The notes under the pieces: generated by a model
Seen by the model: only the letters and a program-made list of their open reading frames with translations
What the model was told of the DNA's origin: nothing
Database searches by the model: none
Made by a program: the position numbers and the translations under genes
In this document: piece by piece, positions 19,184 through 27,754 of the stretch
Layout of the letters: every line of letters begins with the position of its first letter
Position numbering within the stretch: the stretch's first letter is position 1
From: Candidatus Aldehydirespiratoraceae bacterium
Lineage (GTDB): Bacteria > Actinomycetota > Acidimicrobiia > Acidimicrobiales > Aldehydirespiratoraceae
DNA: 64,000 bases
NCBI GenBank assembly: GCA_965243715.1
Contig: CBDEVU010000007.1
Span: 203,480 to 267,479 of the forward strand
Direction of reading: 5' to 3'

Positions 19184-20695
19184 TTGATCACCCAAAATGC
19201 TGATGTCGTGATCGTAGGAACCGGAATGGGCGGGAGCACCGCCGCTCTTGCGCTGGCCACGACTGGCGCATCCGTTCTCATGCTCGAACGGGGAACTTTC
19301 CTCCCTGTGGAGCCGCAAAACTGGTCACCGATAGCCAACTACACCGATCACCGTTACAAAAATGCCGAGAAGTGGCATACCCCTACCGGTGAAACCTTTA
19401 GCCCTGGCGTCCACTACTACGTAGGCGGTAACACCAAGGTCTTCGGTGCGGCTTTGCCGCGTTGGCGTGCCCATGACTTCGACGAGACCGTACACATCGG
19501 CGGCATCTCGCCAGCGTGGCCAATCTGCTACGCCGAACTCGAGCCGTTCTACGCTCAGGCTGAGGAGATTTACCGAGTCCGCGCCTTAGACGGCGAGGAT
19601 CCTACCGACCCGCCGCGCCGCTCTCCATTCCCCTATCCCGCGGTACCGCACGAACCAACTATCCAACAACTTTCCGACGACATCGCGGCACAAGGACTTC
19701 ATCCAACCCATCTCCCGCTCGGTATCGATTTGCGTCCGCAGGGCCTCTGCATCCGGTGCGGAACCTGTGACGGATATCCCTGCCAGGTGGGAGCAAAAAG
19801 TGACGCCGAAATCTGCGCCGTGCGACCCGCTCTCGAATCGGCGAACGTTGAACTCTGGACTGGGGCCTACGTGGAGCGGCTTCAGATTGGCTCCGGCGGT
19901 CGGCGCGTCACGGCGGTAGTTGGCAGTCGCAACGGTGAACCATTCTCCGTTCGCGCCCACCACGTCGTGGTGGCATGCGGCGCGGCGAACTCCGCCGCAC
20001 TGTTACTGCGATCCGACTCGAGCGATCATCGCCGTGGTCTTGGCAACGACCACGACCAAGTCGGCCGCAACTACATGGTCCACAACAACACGGTCATGGC
20101 GGCTCTCTGCCCGTACCGCAAAAATCCCACCGTATTCCAAAAGACGCTGGCGGTAAACGACTTCTACCTCCCCCGCAACCGAGCTAGCTCGTATCCGCTC
20201 GGCAACCTGCAACTCATCGGCAAAATGCACGAAGGCACCCTCCGAGGCGCCCGACCCCGACTCCCGCTGTTCTTGCGAAACTTCATTACGGCCCGCTCCG
20301 TCGAGTGGTGGGTCATGTCCGAGGACTTACCAGATGCCAACAACCGCGTCTCGCTATCTCCTGCGGGCGGTATCCAGGTTCGGTGGCACGCCACTAACAC
20401 GCAGGCCCATGACCTGCTGCTTCGCCAAGCTAAGAAGATGATGCGCAAAGCTGGCTATCCCCTCATCGCTACCCAAACCATGGGCATCGAGACCAACTCG
20501 CACCAATGTGGGACACTGCGCATGGGCACCGATCGGCACACCTCCGTCGTAGATCCCGATCAGCGGATTCACGGTATCGAAAACGTTCTAGTGGCCGACT
20601 CGTCGGTATTTCCCTCCTCGTCGGCATCCAACCCCGCCCTCACCATCGCCGCTCTCTCGTTACGCGCCATAGACCGGCTTACCAAAGGGTGGTAA
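19184..20695 (+). CDS. GMC-type FAD-dependent oxidoreductase
   Basis: 503 aa with a TTG start, ADVVIVGTGMGGSTAALALA (FAD fold) and the Cys-rich CIRCGTCDGYPC segment common in this subfamily. Confidence 0.83.
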   Translation: MITQNADVVIVGTGMGGSTAALALATTGASVLMLERGTFLPVEPQNWSPIANYTDHRYKNAEKWHTPTGETFSPGVHYYVGGNTKVFGAALPRWRAHDFDETVHIGGISPAWPICYAELEPFYAQAEEIYRVRALDGEDPTDPPRRSPFPYPAVPHEPTIQQLSDDIAAQGLHPTHLPLGIDLRPQGLCIRCGTCDGYPCQVGAKSDAEICAVRPALESANVELWTGAYVERLQIGSGGRRVTAVVGSRNGEPFSVRAHHVVVACGAANSAALLLRSDSSDHRRGLGNDHDQVGRNYMVHNNTVMAALCPYRKNPTVFQKTLAVNDFYLPRNRASSYPLGNLQLIGKMHEGTLRGARPRLPLFLRNFITARSVEWWVMSEDLPDANNRVSLSPAGGIQVRWHATNTQAHDLLLRQAKKMMRKAGYPLIATQTMGIETNSHQCGTLRMGTDRHTSVVDPDQRIHGIENVLVADSSVFPSSSASNPALTIAALSLRAIDRLTKGW

Positions 20696-20712
20696 CCGTT
20701 CAATGGGTTACC
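20691..20712. terminator. hairpin between convergent genes (possible bidirectional terminator)
   Basis: GGTAACC-gttcaatg-GGTTACC, a 7-bp perfect stem containing the TAA stop of 19184..20695. There is no U-tract. Confidence 0.3.
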
Positions 20713-20737
20713 ATGCTACACGGCAGTCGCCTACCGC

Positions 20738-21574
20738 TCACTTTACTGATCCGGCCACTAGTCCACGAACAAAGTACTTACCGAGCACAACGTACACCAG
20801 CGCGGTCGGGGCGGCGGCGATCAAGGCCCCCGCCATCACTACATTCCACTGGATTGACAGACTTCCCGATAGATTATTTAGGGCCACCGTGATGGGTTGC
20901 TTAGAGGGATCAGGAATCACGGTGATGCCGAATATGAAATCATTCCAAATATTGGTGAACTGAAATATTCCGGCCACCACAAACCCAGGTAACGACAACG
21001 GCAGCATCAGACGGGTGAATATCTGGGTTGTTGTTGCCCCATCGACCTGGGCCGCCTCTAGGATCTCATCGGGTATCTGGGCGTAGTAGTTCCGAAAGAT
21101 CAACATCGTGATAGGGATGCCGTAGATGACGTGGACCATAATCAGCCCCGTATGTGTGCCGTAGAGGTTGAAGTACTGCAGGAAGCGGACGATGGGGATC
21201 AGAACGACCTGGTACGGAATGAACATTCCGAGGAGTAATGCGGCAAAAATGCTGTTACTGCCGCGAAAGGGCAACTTCGCGAACACGAAGCCGTTAAGGG
21301 CACCAATAATCGACGACAGTACCACCGCCGGGATGACGATGATCAGACTGTTCTTGAAGTTCGAACCAACTTCATCCCACGCTTCGCGCAGACCGCCAAA
21401 ACTCACTGACTCTGGTAGTTGCCACATGTAAAGGGCGTCGGCTTGGTTGGGCGGTTTCAGGCTCGCCATGACCATGACGTATACAGGTATGAGGAAAATT
21501 ATGGCAAGTATTGTTAGGGCCATGAGTCCCGGAAGTCGCGTCTTGCTGTACGCGGCCGGTTCCGTTGCGCTCAC
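20738..21574 (-). CDS. carbohydrate ABC transporter permease (MalG-like, CUT1)
   Basis: The track ORF (405 aa) is over-extended. GTG 21574 overlaps the upstream stop as GTGA and leaves a 279-aa six-TM permease. Confidence 0.87.
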   Translation of the reverse strand: MSATEPAAYSKTRLPGLMALTILAIIFLIPVYVMVMASLKPPNQADALYMWQLPESVSFGGLREAWDEVGSNFKNSLIIVIPAVVLSSIIGALNGFVFAKLPFRGSNSIFAALLLGMFIPYQVVLIPIVRFLQYFNLYGTHTGLIMVHVIYGIPITMLIFRNYYAQIPDEILEAAQVDGATTTQIFTRLMLPLSLPGFVVAGIFQFTNIWNDFIFGITVIPDPSKQPITVALNNLSGSLSIQWNVVMAGALIAAAPTALVYVVLGKYFVRGLVAGSVK

Positions 21575-22593
21575 GCTTTCGATCCTAGGTAAGTCCGGTA
21601 CAGGTACGGGACTATCACGATGGCGACGAGCAGTAACATGACCATTGATGCGGCCGCCCCCGTATTGAACCTGAGCGAGCGAAAGGTCTGTTCGAAAACG
21701 TAGATGCCCGGCACGTCGGTAGCGAACCCCGGTCCCCGCCCCGACATCGCAACTACTAAGTCGAAACTCTTGAGACTCACATGACCCAGAATCACTAGCA
21801 CCGTCACCAACATGGGGCCAAGATGAGGTAAAGCTATGTACCGGTAGTATTGGTGGCTCTTGGCCCCGTCCAACGCCGCGGCCTCCGACAGTTCTTCGGG
21901 GATAGTCGCTAGACCGGCGAGGAAGATTGCCATAGCAAACCCGGCCAGTTGCCATGATGCCGCGATGACTACCGGGATTAGCGCCAACGGGATCCCGAGT
22001 TGAGTGTTAATGAACGGACCGCCCGGAACAATTGCCTCCAACGCCGCCGAGAGGTCTCCAACCACCGTAGGGTCAGTGATCCAACCAGGGCGGGCATCGA
22101 TTCCTATTACCTCGAGAATGCGGTTAGCGCCCGTAGAAGGTGTAAATATCCACCGCCACACTACGCCCGTGATGATGAACGACAGTGAGTACGGAAATAA
22201 GAAGACCCCTCGAAAGAACCCCCTGGAACGCAAGGTATTGTGGACTAATACCGCTAGGACGAATCCGAGCACTACGGCGAGGCCCAAGAAAAGCACGGTG
22301 AATACCGTGATATTTCGCAGGTCGGCCTGAAAGCGCGGCGACCTGAGCATGTCGGCATAGGTTTCGAGCAGTGGATCATGGGGTTGGAGATTGATGGTTA
22401 ATCCCTCCCACTGAGAGACAGAAACCGTTGCGGTATAGGCGATGAAACCGTAAATAAATAGGCCCAGCACCACCAAAGTTGGGACCGTCACCGCAAACCT
22501 GAAGCCGTTACGGGCCCAGAATCCATTCCGACGGGGTCTGACCATCGTTTCGCGTGAGATCCCTAGGGATTTGGCGGAGGTTGCGGTTGCCAT
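21571..22593 (-). CDS. carbohydrate ABC transporter permease (MalF-like, CUT1)
   Basis: ATG 22593 is preceded by GAGGAG with a 7-nt spacer. The product is a multi-TM protein with the EAA-loop region EELSEAAALDGA. Confidence 0.87.
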   Translation of the reverse strand: MATATSAKSLGISRETMVRPRRNGFWARNGFRFAVTVPTLVVLGLFIYGFIAYTATVSVSQWEGLTINLQPHDPLLETYADMLRSPRFQADLRNITVFTVLFLGLAVVLGFVLAVLVHNTLRSRGFFRGVFLFPYSLSFIITGVVWRWIFTPSTGANRILEVIGIDARPGWITDPTVVGDLSAALEAIVPGGPFINTQLGIPLALIPVVIAASWQLAGFAMAIFLAGLATIPEELSEAAALDGAKSHQYYRYIALPHLGPMLVTVLVILGHVSLKSFDLVVAMSGRGPGFATDVPGIYVFEQTFRSLRFNTGAAASMVMLLLVAIVIVPYLYRTYLGSKA

Positions 22594-22677
22594 CGGGTTA
22601 CTCCTCGTGGCCGCTACTGCCCGAACCGGCCTCGGCTGATCCTCGTGAGGGGCCGAGGCCGGGGGTGACAAGTCGTG

Positions 22678-24018
22678 CTAGCCTTGGGCTAGAGCGCTAA
22701 TGAACGCATCAACATTCTGGTCTTGCGCGAAAACGGTCACCGCCTCCGACATCGCCGTCTGAAAGCCAGGTTCGCCGTGATGAACGATCGACAAGGCGGT
22801 GGCGTCACTTCCCAGCGCCATCGCCGCGCCCTGCTGATAGCGAGGCAACGACGACACGTCGACGTCAGTACGTACCGGACTTGAACCCTTGGCCAGGTTA
22901 AACGCCAACTGTGTTTCCGGCTGTCCCATCTCTGCCAGCCAAACCTTGACTAGCTCCCAGTTCGGCGTGTCCTTGGCCACCACGAATGCGTCGACCACCA
23001 GCATGAAGATGCCGTCGGTGCCGGGATGATTGACGTAACCAAACCCCTCGTTGTCAACCGCGCCGGAGTTGACTAGTTCACCGTAGGCCCAGTCCCCCAT
23101 GCTGTTGAAGGCGCAACCATCGTCGGCCAACCGCAGAATTGCCTGATCCCATGTCAATGCGCTGGCGTCTGGATCAACGAAGGCCAATATGGCGGCGAAG
23201 TGTTCGGCAGCTTGGCGGACCTCTGGGTCGTCCCAGGAACGAGCACCGTCTCGAAGATCGGCCCACCCATCGGCTCCAACGAAACCTAACAGCGCGTTCT
23301 CAAAGAGTTCGTCGACCGCGAAGGCTTGGTTGGCGCCCAAGCAAAGCGGGATGATCCCTGCCGCGTCGAGGGTGGCCAGATCGTCAATAAACTGCTGGGC
23401 GCTGTAGTCGCCCTCCGGGGCGGCCACGCCCGCCTGTTCCAGCAAGGCCACGTTGTACCAGAGGTTGTTGCCCCGATGAGCGCCGGTCGCGACGGCATAG
23501 ATCTCACCGTCGGAGGTCAAAGACTCGATCAAGCCCGCGGGCATTACGTCCCGAAACCCGTTCTCGTCGTAAACTTCGGTCACTGGGCGGACGACATCGG
23601 CTTCCAAGTACGGCGTCAAACGCCCACCGGGACCAGATTGCCAAGTATCGGGAAGGTCATTGCCCTGAATCCTCGTCGCCAACACCGCTTGAGCGTTGGC
23701 CCCGCCGCCGCCGGCAACAGCTCCGTTGAGAATGTCCGCGTCCGGAGCACCGGACTGAAACGCCGAGATCAGCGACTGAAGCGCGGTGTCTTCGGAACCC
23801 GACGTCCACCAGCTAAAGATCTCCAGTTCACCGGTCAACCCATCGCCGGTGGCAGCTTCGTCAGGGGCGTCGGCTCCCTCGGCCGGTTCAGCGACGGAAC
23901 CGTCAGCGTCGTCGTCATCGCCACACGCGGCGGCGATCAAGGAAAAGGCCGCCAATACGGCCAGTAGTCGGCCCATTGAGAGCCATCTTTTATTTGAATA
24001 TTTTGAAGAACCAGTCAT
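22678..24018 (-). CDS. extracellular solute-binding lipoprotein (family 1, sugar ABC)
   Basis: ATG 24018 is preceded by GAGGAGGA with an 8-nt spacer. The signal and lipobox read ...LLAVLAAFSLIAAAC GDDDD. No ATPase gene is adjacent, which is typical of CUT1 systems that use a shared MsiK-type ATPase. Confidence 0.87.
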   Translation of the reverse strand: MTGSSKYSNKRWLSMGRLLAVLAAFSLIAAACGDDDDADGSVAEPAEGADAPDEAATGDGLTGELEIFSWWTSGSEDTALQSLISAFQSGAPDADILNGAVAGGGGANAQAVLATRIQGNDLPDTWQSGPGGRLTPYLEADVVRPVTEVYDENGFRDVMPAGLIESLTSDGEIYAVATGAHRGNNLWYNVALLEQAGVAAPEGDYSAQQFIDDLATLDAAGIIPLCLGANQAFAVDELFENALLGFVGADGWADLRDGARSWDDPEVRQAAEHFAAILAFVDPDASALTWDQAILRLADDGCAFNSMGDWAYGELVNSGAVDNEGFGYVNHPGTDGIFMLVVDAFVVAKDTPNWELVKVWLAEMGQPETQLAFNLAKGSSPVRTDVDVSSLPRYQQGAAMALGSDATALSIVHHGEPGFQTAMSEAVTVFAQDQNVDAFISALAQG

Positions 24019-24040
24019 TGCTAGTTTCCTCCTCATTAGT

Positions 24041-24104
24041 TGTTCATTGCGGTGTTTGTTCATTGCATTGTTTGTTCATTGCATTTGTTGTTGATTGCCC
24101 TTGG
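24041..24104. repeat. four tandem 16-bp repeats (TGTTCATTGC core)
   Basis: TGTTCATTGC occurs at 24041, 24057 and 24073, and TGTTGATTGC at 24089, an exact 16-bp period. The array lies in the AT-rich gap between the GH88 stop and the SBP start. Confidence 0.85.
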
Positions 24105-24107
24105 GCG

Positions 24108-25250
24108 CTAGCTCTCGGTCGATACCCACCTCCCCCCTAGGCACTTGTCCAGCGCTTCGACAAAGAAGTACTCGCCCCACATCACGCTCTCGTCCACGCC
24201 CAAGCCCAACCGTTCGTGGTAGGAGCCGTGCTTCAAGATTCCCTCCCACTGCGGGTCATCGGAGGCCAAGAAATCGCTGCTACAGAGGCGACGGATTATC
24301 CCGAACGCGTAGTCCCGATAACGACACGCGATCGGCGCGTCGTCAGAGAGTGCAGCCAACTGCAGCAAGCCGCTGGCGGTGATCGCGGCAGCAGAGGATT
24401 CAGTTTTGACGATCGGGTGGGGCTCATCCCAGTCGTTAGGCGGAACGTTTACATCCCCCGTCCGCTCGATGAAGTAATCCGCGGCGGCCTGGGCAGTCTC
24501 GAGATACTCCGGCACGCCGGTGAAGGCATACATCGTGCCAAAGCCGTACAGCGCCCACGCCTGGCCCCGGGCCCAACTCGAATCCGACCGCCAACCCTGC
24601 TGCGTGCTCTGGCGGAGGAACTCGCCGCTGGCGGGGTCGAAGATTCCTTCGTGGGCGGTACTCCCGTCACCTCGTAGGAGATGACGGCGGGTATTCATGC
24701 AGTGTCGTTCGACGATGGCGGCCAACTCGCCGTCGCCGTCGCGTTCGGCGGCGTACTGAATGATGCCGACGTTCATCATGATGTCGATAAACGTCGAATC
24801 CGGCGCAAGGAACGAACGCAAGAAACCCGCTCGCTCGTCGAACCGTAGCGCCATAGTCCGACCCGCCTGCACGACGACCTCGTCGACTTTGACGTCGCCG
24901 CTCAGCCGAAACCACCTCCGCCAAGTCGGCCAGAACGTGAACCCGAGGTCGTGTACGTTACGGTCAAACTCACGGCCCCGCAGCGCTTCGGAGTACTCCA
25001 CGGCACTATCTCGCCAACGCGACTCTTGGGTTTGTTCGGCGAAAATCCAAAGCTGCCCGCCCAGAAATCCCTCACACCAATTAGTCCAAGCAGGCGAAGT
25101 GTGATTCCACCGACCGTTCTGGGTGACGAGCGGAAAGAGCCCCGGGTGCTTCTTGATAAGAGCGCCAACCTTCAACTGTGCCACACAAAGAGCCGTTTGG
25201 GCGTCGGCGGTCACCTCGGCGGGCACACGGAAAAGTTCGTTCGTCGTCAT
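24108..25250 (-). CDS. glycoside hydrolase family 88 (unsaturated glucuronyl hydrolase-like)
   Basis: 380 aa with WCEGFLGGQLWIF, HDLGFTFWPTW and WARGQAWALYGF, which match the GH88/GH105 (alpha/alpha)6 motifs. Confidence 0.82.
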   Translation of the reverse strand: MTTNELFRVPAEVTADAQTALCVAQLKVGALIKKHPGLFPLVTQNGRWNHTSPAWTNWCEGFLGGQLWIFAEQTQESRWRDSAVEYSEALRGREFDRNVHDLGFTFWPTWRRWFRLSGDVKVDEVVVQAGRTMALRFDERAGFLRSFLAPDSTFIDIMMNVGIIQYAAERDGDGELAAIVERHCMNTRRHLLRGDGSTAHEGIFDPASGEFLRQSTQQGWRSDSSWARGQAWALYGFGTMYAFTGVPEYLETAQAAADYFIERTGDVNVPPNDWDEPHPIVKTESSAAAITASGLLQLAALSDDAPIACRYRDYAFGIIRRLCSSDFLASDDPQWEGILKHGSYHERLGLGVDESVMWGEYFFVEALDKCLGGRWVSTES

Positions 25251-26023
25251 CGGGCGGTGAACCTCGGAGGCCGTTTCTCAACGAAGGCTGCCATTGCCTC
25301 GGCTAAGTCTTTGGTAGTGGACAGCAACGATCCGGCGAGCATCTCCAAGGCCTGCGATGCCGACAGTTCCTGGTCAAGGGCGCCCAGCACGACCTTCGCT
25401 ACTTCCTGGGCTAACGGTGCCGGGGTGGTGAGATCGTGGACGTAGCGAGCGACCAACTCGGCAAAATCGAGGGGTTGGGCTACTTCGTTGACTAGACCCC
25501 AACTCGCCGCGGTGGTCGCGTCGAGGGGGCGCCCAGTCAGGATCAGTTGGCGCGCTCGAACCGAGCCGATGGCATTGATCAAACGAGCGGTGCCACCCCA
25601 GCCGGGGACGGTACCTACGCTGACCTCCGGGTGGCCGAAGGTGGCCGCCGGTGTCGCCAGGCGGATGTCGCAGGCCAAGGCCAACTCCAATCCTCCCCCC
25701 AGCGCGGGGCCGTCGACGACAGCCAGGGTCGGCCGAGAGAAGGTAGCCAGCCGGGCGAACGTACGATGACCTGCCTCGACCCAAATTCGGCGCATCGACT
25801 CGCGTGTCTGCTGGGCGAACAAGGTCAGGTCGGCACCGACGCTGAACGCTCTCCCCCGGCCTGCCACGATGAGCACACCGACGTCATCGCGGCTTTCGAG
25901 ATCACCGACCAGGTGCTCGATGTCGGCCAGCATTCCCGGGGTCAGGGCATTGAGTTTCTCATCGCGCTGGAGTTCTAATCGGGCCACGCCGTCGACCACC
26001 TCGCAGCTCACGTAGTCGCTCAT
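25247..26023 (-). CDS. enoyl-CoA hydratase/isomerase (crotonase) family protein
   Basis: 258 aa with the crotonase fold (...AGRGRAFSVGADL...GPALGGGLELALACD...). Forms an ATGA overlap with GH88. Confidence 0.87.
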   Translation of the reverse strand: MSDYVSCEVVDGVARLELQRDEKLNALTPGMLADIEHLVGDLESRDDVGVLIVAGRGRAFSVGADLTLFAQQTRESMRRIWVEAGHRTFARLATFSRPTLAVVDGPALGGGLELALACDIRLATPAATFGHPEVSVGTVPGWGGTARLINAIGSVRARQLILTGRPLDATTAASWGLVNEVAQPLDFAELVARYVHDLTTPAPLAQEVAKVVLGALDQELSASQALEMLAGSLLSTTKDLAEAMAAFVEKRPPRFTAR

Positions 26024-26037
26024 GAGATCAACCCGCG

Positions 26038-26112
26038 TTGGATAACCCAGTATTGGATAACCCAGTATTGGATTACCCAGTGTCGGATTACCGTGTCTTG
26101 GATCGATCTAAA
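26038..26112. repeat. five tandem 15-bp repeats (TTGGATAACCCAGTA family)
   Basis: Units: TTGGATAACCCAGTA (26038, 26053), TTGGATTACCCAGTG (26068), TCGGATTACCGTGTC (26083) and TTGGATCGATCTAAA (26098). The last unit is the first operator-like site. Confidence 0.88.
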
Positions 26113-26133
26113 GTGAGGGCCTGGATCGATCCA
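26099..26133. promoter_or_regulatory. two operator-like palindromes upstream of the crotonase-GH88 unit
   Basis: TGGATCGATCTA (26099-26110) and TGGATCGATCCA (26122-26133). Confidence 0.55.
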
Positions 26134-26158
26134 AATCATGACCCGAAAGATGTGGCGC

Positions 26159-27754
26159 TTAGCCATCGGCAGGCTCCTGGAAGAGAGACGTCGCCATCAA
26201 CCGCACGTCGTTGGCGACGAGTAGTTTGACCTCGGCGCAGCCTAAGATGTCGCGTTCGAGGTCGATCCCCGGCGCGATTTCTGTCACCACCAACCCCTCC
26301 GGACGCAGCCGAATCACACAACGTTCGGTTACGTAGATAACCTCGGCACCGCGTTCGAGGGCCCGACGACCGCTGAAGGACACTTGGTCCACGTCCGGCA
26401 CGAACTTGGGTTTTCCTGCATTCGACTCGATCGCTAGTTGACCATTACCCACCACTAGGCCGTTATTTCCGGCCATGAAGGTGCCCACGAAGATCAGTTT
26501 GGAGGCCGCTTCGGTGATGTCGGCAAAGCCACCGATCCCTGCCGAGACGTGACTGCGACCAGCCAACCGCGACACATTGACGTTGCCGAACTGATCGACC
26601 TGCATGAACGACAAACACGCCGCGTCGCATCCGCCCCCCTGCAACAGCGTGAATTGACTAGGCGCGGGGAGCACTGCGTCAGGGTTCAACGCACACCCGA
26701 ATCCCGGACCGGTTACCGGGAATCCGCCGACCGCTCCCTGCTCGGTCACCCAGGTAACGTGGTCGCCGCGACCTTCCTCGTGAAATACCCGGGGAATGCC
26801 CGAACATATGCCAAAGCCGAGGTTCACAATCCAGCCTTGCTTCAGTTCGCCACTGGCTCGGCGGGCAAGTACTTTCTCGATTCCCCACGGGAGCGGTTCG
26901 ATATGATCAACGGGGCCCATGATCTCCCCCGACAGCACCGGGTCGTAGCGGATCTCGGTCGTTTGCATCTGGTCCGGTACCACAACAACTGCGTCCACGA
27001 TTGCTCCGGGAACCCTGACTCCTTGCGCCGCCAGGCTGCCCGCTTGTGCGAGGCGCTTGACTTGAGCGACGACGATTCCGCCGTTGTTGTGGGTGGCGAG
27101 TGCTTGTTCGAGGATTCCCAGCGGCGCGCCCTCGTGTTCAGTAGTAATATTTCCGTGCGTGTCGGCGGTAGTACCGCGAATCAGGGCTACATCGGGGCAC
27201 AGCGGCGGGTAGTGCAACCACTCTTCGCCAGCGAACGTAACGACCTGGACCAAATCGCGGGGCGTGACATCGTTCAGCGCTCCACCTGCGCGTCGAGGGT
27301 CAACAAAAGTGTCGAGGCCGATCTTGGTGAGCACGCCGGGTTGATGCGTTGCCCCCGCCGCGTGCATCTGAAAGAGCACTCCGCTGGGCAGATTCCAAGC
27401 CGCAACCCGGTTTTCGTCGATCATGGTCCGAATCCGGGGCGGGGCCAATGACGAGGGTCCACTGGGAAAGGAGCCCGCCAGAACTTGGCGCAGTAGTCCA
27501 TCGCGGGCGAGGTGGTCGATGCCACGGATCCCGAACATGTCGCCCGCGGCAATCGGGTTGATCACGGTTAGATCAGCAGGTGAACCGGTTTCACCGAAGG
27601 CATCGCCGAGGACGGCCAGCAAACGGTCAGGACAAGCCAACCCTGACGATGCACTCACCGACACCGTCGCGCCGGGGCGAACTAGTCTCGAAACGGCCGC
27701 CGGGTCGAGAACGGGTACCGTCTTGCCCTGGCGTACCGGCCGCTCATAGTTCAT
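26159..27754 (-). CDS. acyl-CoA:acetate/3-ketoacid CoA-transferase family protein (YdiF/Pct-like, fused alpha-beta)
   Basis: Starts MNYERPVRQGK (ATG 27754), forming an ATGA overlap with the LacI stop. Carries the family-I catalytic Glu context WVTEQGAVGGFP. Confidence 0.82.
   Translation of the reverse strand: MNYERPVRQGKTVPVLDPAAVSRLVRPGATVSVSASSGLACPDRLLAVLGDAFGETGSPADLTVINPIAAGDMFGIRGIDHLARDGLLRQVLAGSFPSGPSSLAPPRIRTMIDENRVAAWNLPSGVLFQMHAAGATHQPGVLTKIGLDTFVDPRRAGGALNDVTPRDLVQVVTFAGEEWLHYPPLCPDVALIRGTTADTHGNITTEHEGAPLGILEQALATHNNGGIVVAQVKRLAQAGSLAAQGVRVPGAIVDAVVVVPDQMQTTEIRYDPVLSGEIMGPVDHIEPLPWGIEKVLARRASGELKQGWIVNLGFGICSGIPRVFHEEGRGDHVTWVTEQGAVGGFPVTGPGFGCALNPDAVLPAPSQFTLLQGGGCDAACLSFMQVDQFGNVNVSRLAGRSHVSAGIGGFADITEAASKLIFVGTFMAGNNGLVVGNGQLAIESNAGKPKFVPDVDQVSFSGRRALERGAEVIYVTERCVIRLRPEGLVVTEIAPGIDLERDILGCAEVKLLVANDVRLMATSLFQEPADG

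Noticed and set aside
26038-26229. 63-aa ORF MDNPVLDNPVLDYPVSDYRVLD...
   Set aside because: The repetitive peptide is simply the translation of the 15-bp DNA tandem array plus the operator sites. It spans an intergenic promoter region and runs antisense into the CoA-transferase 3' end.
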